A DNA stretch of 64,000 nt from an uncultured delta proteobacterium (GTDB lineage Bacteria; Desulfobacterota; Binatia; UBA9968), in NCBI GenBank assembly GCA_963755715.1, contig CAVWLW010000024.1, forward strand, positions 96,001-160,000, in the 5' to 3' direction. Position 1 is the stretch's first letter. Each line of letters starts with the position of its first letter. Below the pieces are notes generated by a model. That model was not told the origin of the DNA. It did no database searches and was given only the letters and a program-made list of their open reading frames with translations. Both the position numbers and the translations under genes were made by a program. Shown here one piece after another: positions 34,915 through 46,505 of the stretch.

Positions 34915-34926
34915 GAGCGCGCTTGA

Positions 34927-36444
34927 TTAGGAATATTCTTTGATGAAGTCGGCGGCGCGCTCGCCGATCATCATGCTGGTGAGATTGGTATTAGCGTGGG
35001 CGACCGTCGGCATGATCGAGGCGTCGCCGATCCAGAGATTCTCCATGCCGTGTACGCGGAGGTGTTGATCGACAACGGCCATGGGGTCGGACGCGGGTCC
35101 CATCTTGCAGGTGCCGACGCCGTGAAAATAGCTGGTGTAAGCGGAGCGGGCGAACTTGGTCCAGTCTTCATCCGGACTCGGCGAAAATAACTCGCCGCAG
35201 AATCTATCCATCGGTTCGGTGGCGGCGAGCCGCTGGACGAATTTCATCGCCGAAACCATCGCTTGAATGTCTTTGGGGTGCTCCAACATGCGCGGATCGA
35301 TAATCGGCAAATCCGTCGGATCGGAACTTTGCAGCGTCAAGCGGCCGCGATTGGTCTGCTCCAGCAAGTGACAGGAGAAACCGATCATGTCGCCGATCCC
35401 GGAAACCGTGGTGATGTCGCGCAGGATGATGTGAAAATCGATATACTCGCGCGCCGGATCGCTCTTGAAGTAGAGCTTCAACGTTGAGCGGCCGCGAGCT
35501 TGCGACTCGAGGCCGTTGGTTTTCGCTTTCAGCGTCATCGTCACCACGGGATGGTCTTGGTAATTTTCGCCGACGCCGTCAAGTCGATGGACGACCGAAA
35601 TGCCATGACGTTCCAACTCATCGCGCGGACCGATGCCCGAGAGCATGAGAATTTGCGGCGAGTGATACACGCCCGCGCTGAGTACGACTTTGTCCGCAGT
35701 GGCTGTGTGCTCATTGCCAGCAATTCGATAACGCACGCCGGAGACGGTTTTACCGCTGAGAATCAGCGAAGTGACCTGCGCGTCGCCGATGATCGCTAGA
35801 TTTCGTCGCGCTCGCGCCGGACCGAGATAGGCAATAGCCGAAGATTGCCGTTTGCCGTCTTTGATATTGCGCGCCGTCGGCGCGATGCCGTAGGGATTCG
35901 GCTCGTTTTGATCGTCGAAGCGCGGCAATCCCAATAGGGTTACGGCTTTTAACAACGCCTGTTCCGGTGCGCTGAGCTGTGCATCGAAGACATGTTTGCG
36001 CTTCACATAGATCGGGCCGTGATCGCCGTGAATTGGACTGTGGGGAAAATCCTGATCGGCTTCGATGCGCTTCAACACCGGCAGGATTTTTTCCCATGAC
36101 CAATCGGGATTGCCTTGAGCCGACCAAGTGTCCATGTCGGCTTTTATCGGCCGCGGAATCGACATCATATTGACCGACGAGCCGCCGCCCATGATACGCC
36201 CGGCGAGGGAGTAAAATTCGCTGGAGTCGTAATTGCGCTTGGTCGGATACATGACGATATAGGGACTCTCCAGCAACACGTTGGTGGCTTTCTCGGCATC
36301 GGCGACCGTTTCGGGAATCGGCTGCGGATCGGGACCCGCTTCGAGCAGCAAGACTTTCCGCTTCGGGTCTTCGGCAAGGCGTGATGCGATTACGCAACCC
36401 GCCGAACCGCCGCCGGCGACAATAACGTCGTAATGTTCAGGCAT
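34927..36444 (-). CDS. GMC family FAD oxidoreductase (choline dehydrogenase-like)
   Basis: GGGSAG, GGGSSVN, SPQILMLSGIG, HGVGTCKMG, NTNLTSMMIGER. Confidence 0.93.
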   Translation of the reverse strand: MPEHYDVIVAGGGSAGCVIASRLAEDPKRKVLLLEAGPDPQPIPETVADAEKATNVLLESPYIVMYPTKRNYDSSEFYSLAGRIMGGGSSVNMMSIPRPIKADMDTWSAQGNPDWSWEKILPVLKRIEADQDFPHSPIHGDHGPIYVKRKHVFDAQLSAPEQALLKAVTLLGLPRFDDQNEPNPYGIAPTARNIKDGKRQSSAIAYLGPARARRNLAIIGDAQVTSLILSGKTVSGVRYRIAGNEHTATADKVVLSAGVYHSPQILMLSGIGPRDELERHGISVVHRLDGVGENYQDHPVVTMTLKAKTNGLESQARGRSTLKLYFKSDPAREYIDFHIILRDITTVSGIGDMIGFSCHLLEQTNRGRLTLQSSDPTDLPIIDPRMLEHPKDIQAMVSAMKFVQRLAATEPMDRFCGELFSPSPDEDWTKFARSAYTSYFHGVGTCKMGPASDPMAVVDQHLRVHGMENLWIGDASIMPTVAHANTNLTSMMIGERAADFIKEYS

Positions 36445-36477
36445 GAGCTTCTCCGCGGCGTTGAAGAAATTTGACCT

Positions 36478-36547
36478 CACCACGAAGGTCACGAAGGAAT
36501 TCAGGCATAATAATTTTTACCTTCGTGTCCTTCGTACCTTCGTGGTG
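36478..36547. repeat. REP-like palindrome, 'cacgaag' family
   Basis: caccacgaaggtcacgaagg...ccttcgtgtccttcgtaccttcgtggtg. Confidence 0.88.
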
Positions 36548-36586
36548 AATCCTGTTGTTTTTTAGTTGCGGCAGTGCCGCGCTGGG

Positions 36587-37540
36587 TCACCATTCCACAC
36601 CAAGCTGTTTGAGCCGCCGGCGATACTCCAGAGCGGGAGTATCCGGGCCGCGCAAGTGCAGCTCCTCGGCGAGATCGAGCGGCAGCTCTTCCGGGCGCTG
36701 CGATTCGACGATTCTTTTATCTTGCTCGAAGATGCGCCGATGCTGCGCGTTCAGTTGTTCGTCGGTTTTCACGTCGCGATAGTTGCGCCCGGCGAGGCGA
36801 TAAAATTTGGTCTCGTGATTCGACACCGGGGTGCAAAGATAAATATTGGTATGGCGCTCGACGCTGTCGGGTTGGCGGCGTTGGATCGTCACCATGAACG
36901 GCAGGATGACCGTGTACAACTGTTTAGCGGCGCTATTCGGGCGGAATTTGTTGACCGGCGTATCGATCTCATACTGGAAACCGCCCTTGGTCTCGATGAG
37001 TGCGATCACCGGCGACTCGGCTCGATCGGGATCGCCGAGGATGCCGGCGTGAACCCACGGAAAGTGGGAAAAGTCGGCGAGGTTTTCGATCATGCGCGCG
37101 GCGTTGGCACGCCACTGGCCTTCCGACGTGTAGGGTTCCCAGTTAAAGCTCGGATCGCCGAACTCAGGCGGAAATTCCGGAATCTCCTGGCGCGGCTCGT
37201 CGAGACAGACCCAAACCAAACCGTAGCGCTCTTGCACGCGATACGCTTTTGCGCGCGCCTTGGCGGGTATCTCGCGATCCGGCGGCAGCGACGGTATGCG
37301 CGTGCAACGGCCGTCTGCGGCGTAGTTCCAACCATGATATCCGCACACCAATTGATCGCCGTTCACCCAACCGAGTGAAAGCGCCGCGCCGCGGTGAATG
37401 CAGAGATCGTAGAAGGCCGACAAACTGCCATTAGCGCGCCAGATCACCAAGGGCTGATCGAGCAGCTTGACCGCGACGGGTTTATCGGTGACTTCTCTAG
37501 ACCATAAAATGGGATGCCAGTATTGGCCAAGCGCATTCAT
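36587..37540 (-). CDS. Rieske non-heme iron oxygenase (VanA/NdmA-like O- or N-demethylase type)
   Basis: CIH...CGYH Rieske site; ENLADFSHFPWVH and IFEQD mononuclear Fe ligands. Confidence 0.9.
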   Translation of the reverse strand: MNALGQYWHPILWSREVTDKPVAVKLLDQPLVIWRANGSLSAFYDLCIHRGAALSLGWVNGDQLVCGYHGWNYAADGRCTRIPSLPPDREIPAKARAKAYRVQERYGLVWVCLDEPRQEIPEFPPEFGDPSFNWEPYTSEGQWRANAARMIENLADFSHFPWVHAGILGDPDRAESPVIALIETKGGFQYEIDTPVNKFRPNSAAKQLYTVILPFMVTIQRRQPDSVERHTNIYLCTPVSNHETKFYRLAGRNYRDVKTDEQLNAQHRRIFEQDKRIVESQRPEELPLDLAEELHLRGPDTPALEYRRRLKQLGVEW

Positions 37541-37631
37541 AGAAGCACTCCTGAAACGATACTTCTCGGATCGACATGCAATGACGTAACCATGTCGAAA
37601 GTCAATTTCGCTTCATAACTCATGCTTCGAT

Positions 37632-39113
37632 TTATTGCGAACCCGATGCCGGTGCCAAAAGAGGCCCGCCGGCGCGTTTGCTCGCGGCAACAAATGATTC
37701 GGTGGCTTTGGTTATGACTTCTTCGGCGTCGAGCGCGGTGAGTTCGCCTTTGTGCTTGAGGATTCGGCCGTCGATGATCACCGTATCGACGTTGTACGGT
37801 TGCGCTTGCTGGACGAGGAGCAGCGCAGGATTGAAAAACGGCGCGACGTTAAGGTCATTGGTTCGGACTAGGATCAAATCGGCGCGTTTGCCGGGCGTGA
37901 GTGAGCCGACGCGGTCGGCAATGCCCAAGTCTCTGGCCCCGTCGATGGTGGCCAATTCCAAAATTCGCCGCGGCTGTACTTCCATCACGTCCATGGAGCG
38001 CAAATGATTGAGCTGGAGCATGAGGCGCATGATGCTGAACATGTCGGCGTTGCCGCCGACCGTGGTCGTGTCGACGGACAAGCTGCATTGCACGCCACGC
38101 TTGAGAAGGTCGCCGAGATAGGGGAGACCCGAGGCCAGGCGCGAAGCGGTGAACGGCGCTATGCTGTTGTGAGTTTGAGTTTCGGCCATCATGCCACGTT
38201 CTTCCGGCGAGGCATTGTAGGTGTGAATGAGCTGCACATCCGGACCGAGCAGCTTGTCTTTATATAAGATTTCGATGCGGTGGAATTTTTTGATCTCGGC
38301 GATGGAACGACCGGCGTGTTGGGTGATCGGCAATCCCAAAGCTCGCGCACTCTCCCACTCTTTGCGATAGGTCGACGGCGGCGTGTCGCCGGGACCGCGC
38401 GACGCGAAGCCCATGGTGAGCAGACCATCATTCGATGCGCCGAACCATTCGCGCTTCACGCGCGCGATGTCATCGAAATCAGTGGTTTGCTCGGGCTTTT
38501 GCTGCAGATTGCGGCTGAAACCGTAGGAAAATCGCGCGCGAATGCCGCAATCGCGCAGCGCGCGCAGGTCGGCGTCGGCGTAAGCGCCGGAAATGATGTT
38601 GTGCGACCAGTCATGAATCGTCGTCAGGCCGGAGTTGATCGCCTCGGTGATGCCTAACTTGGCGCTGTTGTATGCGTCTTCCGGCGTCATGACAGGGCCG
38701 AGCCGGCTCATCACCGGGAAATAATCGAAATCACCGTCGGCGACGATGCCGCGAGCGAAACTACCCCAAAGATGAAAGTGGGTGTCGACGAAACCCGGTA
38801 AAGCAAGCCGATTGCGGCCGTCGATTTCTTCGGCGCCGGGCGCATTGAGCTTTGGGCCGACGGCGACTAAGGCGCCGTTACGGACGTGAACGTCGCCGTT
38901 GGGAATATCGCCCAACTTGTTGTCCATCGTCACCACGTAGGCGTTGCGCACGACGAACTCGCCGCGTGACGGCAGCTTTCCTGAACCACGCTCCGATGTC
39001 GATAGTCGTGCGCTTTGCGGTGAATTTGCCGCACAGGCGGAAAGTCCCACGGCGCCGAGGGCGGCGACCGCCTCGATAAAATTACGCCGGCTTATTTTGT
39101 TCGCTTTAGCCAC
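37632..39113 (-). CDS. Amidohydrolase/deaminase family protein with Tat lipoprotein signal
   Basis: SRRNFI...GLSAC; PGFVDTHFH, SVDT, GSLTPGKRADL. Confidence 0.88.
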   Translation of the reverse strand: MAKANKISRRNFIEAVAALGAVGLSACAANSPQSARLSTSERGSGKLPSRGEFVVRNAYVVTMDNKLGDIPNGDVHVRNGALVAVGPKLNAPGAEEIDGRNRLALPGFVDTHFHLWGSFARGIVADGDFDYFPVMSRLGPVMTPEDAYNSAKLGITEAINSGLTTIHDWSHNIISGAYADADLRALRDCGIRARFSYGFSRNLQQKPEQTTDFDDIARVKREWFGASNDGLLTMGFASRGPGDTPPSTYRKEWESARALGLPITQHAGRSIAEIKKFHRIEILYKDKLLGPDVQLIHTYNASPEERGMMAETQTHNSIAPFTASRLASGLPYLGDLLKRGVQCSLSVDTTTVGGNADMFSIMRLMLQLNHLRSMDVMEVQPRRILELATIDGARDLGIADRVGSLTPGKRADLILVRTNDLNVAPFFNPALLLVQQAQPYNVDTVIIDGRILKHKGELTALDAEEVITKATESFVAASKRAGGPLLAPASGSQ

Positions 39114-39269
39114 GATCACTCTCCTTGTTCGGCGCTAGCGGCAGCAAGCCGGAACTATTTTGTTCCGGAAAATTTATAAAGAGCTGGTCGGAGAGTAGTA
39201 AATCCGCTTGCGAGTCGTCAAGAAAATAGTAAGGGAAAACTTTTCAACGGGCTCCCGTCGCAGGGTTTG

Positions 39270-39860
39270 CTACTGATCTCTTTCGCGCCACATGTACCAG
39301 ATCGGCGTGCCGATGAGTTCTTCTTCACGCCGAACCGCGAAGCCGAATTTTTCATAGAACTTGACGTTCTCCGCTTTGTCGGTTTCGAGGTAGCCCGGGA
39401 GTTTTTCTTGCTGAAGATATTCGACGTAGCGATGCATCAGCGCCGTGCCCACGCCCTGGCCTTGGCTTTCGGGCGCGACGCCGATGGGACCCAGATGGAC
39501 ATGCGGCTCATCGGGATCGAGACGGCACCAGCGGGCAAACCAGGCGATCACTTTTGGGTTCGCCGCGCCGAGCGGTTTCAGCAAAGTTGCCATGGTGTTT
39601 GGGATCTCTTCCGGCGCGGGCAGGCAATAGGGCGATTCGTTGAAATGGACGTAGCCGCGAATCGCACCGTTCACCGAAGCGACGTGAGCATGGCCGTTGA
39701 ACATGTGGCGCAGACCGATGCGAAAGAACAATCGGTTCTGATCCATGCGCTCGGCCCCGAAAGCGGCGATGTGCAGCGGACTGGCAACGAAGGCGTCGGC
39801 CAGGACCGATTGCACCGTTTCCAAGTCTCTTTCTCGATAATTTTCAACGAGGATCGTCAT
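39270..39860 (-). CDS. GNAT N-acetyltransferase
   Basis: IGVAPESQGQGVGTALM, YLET...NVKFYEKFGF. Confidence 0.9.
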   Translation of the reverse strand: MTILVENYRERDLETVQSVLADAFVASPLHIAAFGAERMDQNRLFFRIGLRHMFNGHAHVASVNGAIRGYVHFNESPYCLPAPEEIPNTMATLLKPLGAANPKVIAWFARWCRLDPDEPHVHLGPIGVAPESQGQGVGTALMHRYVEYLQQEKLPGYLETDKAENVKFYEKFGFAVRREEELIGTPIWYMWRERDQ

Positions 39861-39882
39861 CGCCGGAGTCGCTGCGCAAAAT

Positions 39883-40624
39883 TCACAAGCTCTCGACGCC
39901 CTTGCCGATGGTTGCTTTGAGCAGGGCGGCTAGGTCGGCGATTTCTTTCTGACCGTCGCCTGTGAAAGAGGAGCCGTGCATGGCGGCAAGAGTTTGCGGG
40001 TGCAAAAGAGCGAGTCTTTGCAAGGCGGCGTCCGTCTGCGCCGTGTAAGGCATATCGTGGGCCAGCGGACCGGAAAGATTTTCAAGGATTGCGTCTCTTG
40101 TGCGGCCGAGCGTGCTCGAGTCCGTTAAAGGTTCGGGATCTCCCGGTTGAAAAAATAGATCGGAACAGAACAGGGTGCGCTGGACGCTTTCGAAAAATAA
40201 GCCCGCGTCCCAGCAGTGCGGCACATGCGGCGTGGCGAGAAATTGCAGGCGATAACGTCCGGTTTGGAGGATCTCGTTATCCGCCAGCGCGCGCGCGGGC
40301 CGATCGGCGAAGTCGTTGACCATGACGACGGCGCCGACGAAACTGCAGACCGCCTGCGCCCGGGGCGCGACATTCAGCCATTCATTCAACGCGCCGCACT
40401 CGTCGGATTCGAAGTGGCTGAAGCCAATCCAGCGCAACTTGCGCGGGATCGAGGATGGACGACACGCCTTCGAGGGTCGTTGGAAACATTTTTTTCATGC
40501 CCGTATGCATGATAAACGGCTCTTCGTCGGCGACGAGAAATTGATTGAATTGAATGCCGAACTCCGGATGAAAGGTGGAAATACGAAAAACGTTGGGGGC
40601 GATTTCTGTAACATTGGCCTGCAT
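39883..40624 (-). CDS. MBL-fold metallo-protein (FprA/ODP-like), frameshifted
   Basis: [40 protein letters not shown]. Confidence 0.85.
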
Positions 40625-40814
40625 GACTTTTCTCCTTACCCGGCAAGAGCGAAGAGCTAGGGTTCTCACAATTGAATAGCGCAACGTGCGAATGTTTCAA
40701 GGCGGAGCCGCCAAGCAACGCGGCGGACTGGACATTTTTAGCGCAGGCAGGCTACGTTGCGTCGAGATTGAAACCGATTTGTCGCGGCTGCATTTTCGAA
40801 TGAGGTGATCCTCG

Positions 40815-41813
40815 ATGGCGAAAAATATTTTTGTGAGCCTGATCTGTCTTATCGGGTTTGGTTGCGTCAACCGCGCCGACGGGCAAACGACCAAGCTCGT
40901 GGTCGCCTACGCCTCTCCCGCCGCGACGTTTTGTCCCGGCGTAATCGCCAAGCGCGAAGGACTGTTTGCGCGCTACGGTCTAGACGTCGAGATGGTGCTG
41001 ATGCAGGGCGCGTCGACCTATATGCCGGCGCTGGCGAACGGCAATATCCAGGTTCTCTACGGCGGCGGCACGGCGGTGTCGCGGGCGATCGCGACGGGCG
41101 GCTTCGATTTCGTCGTGATTGCCACAGAGACCCGCTACGTGCCTTTGCGCATGATGGTCAATGCCTCGATTCAGACGCCGGCTCAGCTCAAGGGAAAACG
41201 ACTCGGCGCGGGACAGGCCGGCCTAGATGAGTACGCGACGATCTTGTATCTGGAAAAGATTGGCATGACGCCGAACAAGGATGTGCAAATCGTCTATCTC
41301 GCCGGCGGCGTGCCGAGCCGCGCAGCGGCGATGAAACAAGGCCTGATCGACGGTGTCGCGGTGAATCCGCCCAATGAATATGAGCTCGAAAAGGCCGGCT
41401 ATCGCGAGCTTGCCAACTTTCTCGACTTCAAGATGCCCTACGCCGGCGTGCCGCATACCGTGAGCCGCGCATTTCGGGATAAGAACCGCAAAGTGGTCGA
41501 GGATTATATGACCGCAATCGTGGAAGGGATTCAAATCTTTCGCACGAACAGGCAGGCGGCCTATCGTGCGATCTTCGAGCTAACCCGGCAGAAAGATCCG
41601 GTGCTGCTCGAACGCACTTATGATTCGTATGCGAAACAATACGATGCGATCGGCGGCATACCGATCCCTTGGGAAGCCGGTATCGAGAGCATGATCACCG
41701 GCTTTCACGAGCGCTTCAATCCCCAGGGAATAAAAAATCGCGACGCCAAGCCCTATCTCGATCCAACCTTCGTGCAGAAGGCGGTGGAGCGATTGAAGCT
41801 GGGCAAGAAATAA
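40815..41813 (+). CDS. Orphan NMT1/SsuA-type ABC substrate-binding protein
   Basis: GLFARYGLDVE, QLKGKRLG, GMTPNKDV. Confidence 0.9.
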   Translation: MAKNIFVSLICLIGFGCVNRADGQTTKLVVAYASPAATFCPGVIAKREGLFARYGLDVEMVLMQGASTYMPALANGNIQVLYGGGTAVSRAIATGGFDFVVIATETRYVPLRMMVNASIQTPAQLKGKRLGAGQAGLDEYATILYLEKIGMTPNKDVQIVYLAGGVPSRAAAMKQGLIDGVAVNPPNEYELEKAGYRELANFLDFKMPYAGVPHTVSRAFRDKNRKVVEDYMTAIVEGIQIFRTNRQAAYRAIFELTRQKDPVLLERTYDSYAKQYDAIGGIPIPWEAGIESMITGFHERFNPQGIKNRDAKPYLDPTFVQKAVERLKLGKK

Positions 41814-42224
41814 GCTGCGCGCCAGAGCCGCAACCAAAAGAAAACAACACGATTCACCACGAAGGCACGAAGGTTTTGATAGTTTTAACTGCTAACTTCG
41901 TGCTCATTACTATAGTTAAAAATTTGCGCGGCCTGCGCAAATAATCTGGCATCGAAAGTACTCGGAGTCGGGAATTCCTCCCGCCAAGGCGCAAAGGCGC
42001 CAAAGGTTATGGGGAAAGGACAAAAACTCTTATAAATGATTTTCACCCTCAATCTCCGAACTTTGCGCCCTTTGCGTCTTTGCGGGAGATACTCCGAGTT
42101 TCGGTTGCGGCTCAGCCGCGCTGGGACCTTCGTGGTTAGATCGAAATCTCCTGTAGAATTGCCAGCGTACCTTTGGAGCCCTGGAAAATTTGCGCACGCC
42201 GTGAAAACTTTCAACCATAGCAAT
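41814..42224 (+). mobile_element. Older outer copy of the hairpin-ended non-autonomous element, with a cacgaag palindrome as cargo
   Basis: Left end gctgcgcgccagagccgcaaccaaaa (21/26 to the inner element's end); right end atttgcgcacgccgtgaaaactttcaaccatagcaat (30/37). Confidence 0.7.
41906..42124 (-). mobile_element. 219-bp non-autonomous element inserted in a cacgaag palindrome
   Basis: Reverse complement nearly identical to 46197-46411 (1 substitution, 4 nt of indels). Confidence 0.88.
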
Positions 42225-42242
42225 GCAAAGTGCGCAAAAGGT

Positions 42243-42266
42243 GTAGGGGCGACCGGCTGGTCGCCC
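42243..42266 (+). repeat. GTAG-type REP hairpin
   Basis: GTAG running into the stem-loop gggcgacc-ggct-ggtcgccc, the layout of RAYT-associated REPs. Confidence 0.75.
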
Positions 42267-42327
42267 TTCGGTTCGGATGCCGTGCGAATGTTGTAGGGAC
42301 CGTCGTGACCGCGGCTCAACAATTCAA

Positions 42328-43323
42328 TCAGCGCTTCTTGTAGAGCCCGTCGACGTAGCCGCTTTGATCCAACTCTCTGATAAAGCTCGAATCGACGAAG
42401 TCTTCCGGCTTGCCGGGCTTGCCTTTTAACTCCGTGTTCAGAATCGTCTTGATGCCTTCGAGAGAGGGATACTGTTTTTTTGGCAAGACTTGCTCGTTGA
42501 GAAGATTTTCCCAGGTTTTCTCGAGCACGTCGCGGTCGACGTTGCGGCCGATAAAACGCCCCAACGCTTTTATCGCGCCTTCTTTGTCCGTGTAAATCCG
42601 ATGCACGGCTTCCACTTGTGATTTAACGTAGCGGCGCACGATGTCGGGATGTTCGCGAATATATTTCCGCGTCGCCGCCACGGCGGTGTGTTGGTAAACC
42701 AGACCGAGCTTGGGAAGATCGGCGAGAACCGTCATGCCTCGCTTCTGGGCGATAATGCTCGCCGGCGGATTGACTACGGTCGCTTGCACGCGCCCTGCCA
42801 GTGTGGCGTCGACGCGCGCCGTGGTGCTGCCGATCTGGACGATCGTCACGTCTTTGCCCGGTGTCAAGCCGACTTTTTGCAAGGCATAGCGGGCGATGAA
42901 ATCAGACGACGAGCCGAAGCGGCTGATCGCCACCGAGCCGCCTTTGAGTTGCTCTGGGCTTTTGATTTCCGGGCGGCCGAGCAAATAATAATTGAGCGAG
43001 GTCACGCCACCGGCAATCAGCGCGGCATCGGAGCCAGCCATGACGGAGTTGATCACGGCTGCGCCGGCCAGTTGCGCGATCGGCGTGTCGGCGGAAACCA
43101 GCGCCATGACCGCGGTGGTGCCGCCGGTGAAAAAAACCAACTGAACATCGAGGCCGTTCTTTTCAAATATCCCGGTGTCCTTGGCGAGCCAGGCCGGCAG
43201 GGCGTCGCCGCTGATGGCGCTGTAGCCGACGCTGATTCGGGTCATTTGGGCGTAGCTTAAACCGGTCGAAAAGACGGCGGCTAACAAAAAACAAATCGTC
43301 AACGGCGTTTTTCCCTTGAGCAT
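42328..43323 (-). CDS. Orphan NMT1/SsuA-type ABC substrate-binding protein
   Basis: GIFEKNGLDVQ, LKGGSVAISRFGSSSD, GLTPGKDV. Confidence 0.9.
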   Translation of the reverse strand: MLKGKTPLTICFLLAAVFSTGLSYAQMTRISVGYSAISGDALPAWLAKDTGIFEKNGLDVQLVFFTGGTTAVMALVSADTPIAQLAGAAVINSVMAGSDAALIAGGVTSLNYYLLGRPEIKSPEQLKGGSVAISRFGSSSDFIARYALQKVGLTPGKDVTIVQIGSTTARVDATLAGRVQATVVNPPASIIAQKRGMTVLADLPKLGLVYQHTAVAATRKYIREHPDIVRRYVKSQVEAVHRIYTDKEGAIKALGRFIGRNVDRDVLEKTWENLLNEQVLPKKQYPSLEGIKTILNTELKGKPGKPEDFVDSSFIRELDQSGYVDGLYKKR

Positions 43324-43478
43324 CGAACGATCCTTTCCTCTGTCTGACGATAGGATTTGGTGATACGATTTCAACATCGATGGGGTGACGGAGAAGCGAT
43401 CCGGCTGTTTGCTTTATCCGGTGACCCTAGCTACAAAATAAGGCTACCTACCTATACCTGATAATAAGGAGCGGTCCA

Positions 43479-46172
<2,694 letters not shown>

Positions 46173-46183
46173 ATTACAGAAGT

Positions 46184-46476
46184 CACCACGAAGGACCCAG
46201 AGCGGCTGAGCCGCAACCGAAACTCGGAGTATCTCCCGCAAAGACGCAAAGGGCGCAAAGTTCGGAGATTGAGGGTGAAAATCATTTATAAGAGTTTTTG
46301 TCCTTTCCCCATAACCTTGGCGCCTTTCCTTGGCGGGAGGAATTCCCGACTCCGAGTACTTTCGATGCCAGATTATTTGCGCAGGCCGCGCAAATTTTTA
46401 ACTATAGTAATACGAAGAGCACGAAGGTTTAAGATATCAAACTCTTAAACTTCGTGACCTTCGTGCCTTCGTGGTG
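46184..46476. repeat. cacgaag REP-like palindrome interrupted by a 215-bp element
   Basis: Removing 46197-46411 restores caccacgaag-gacacgaag-agcacgaagg...ttcgtgaccttcgtgccttcgtggtg. Confidence 0.88.
46197..46411 (+). mobile_element. 215-bp non-autonomous element (hairpin ends, cgcaaag palindrome cargo)
   Basis: Second copy of 41906-42124; no terminal inverted repeats, no target duplication. Confidence 0.88.
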
Positions 46477-46505
46477 AAAAAATCTTTCGCAATCGCACAA
46501 ATTTC

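Noticed and set aside
36566-37378. Long antisense ORFs (also 46572-47351, 55915-56691, 60040-60795 and others)
   Set aside because: Shadow frames of real genes, expected at this GC content.
41885-42322. ORFs of 62-145 aa in this interval
   Set aside because: They are translations of the nested repeats, with no RBS or domain signal.
46197-46411. The repeat element as a group II intron remnant or a classical MITE
   Set aside because: No GUGYG 5' end or recognisable domain V, no terminal inverted repeats and no target-site duplication.
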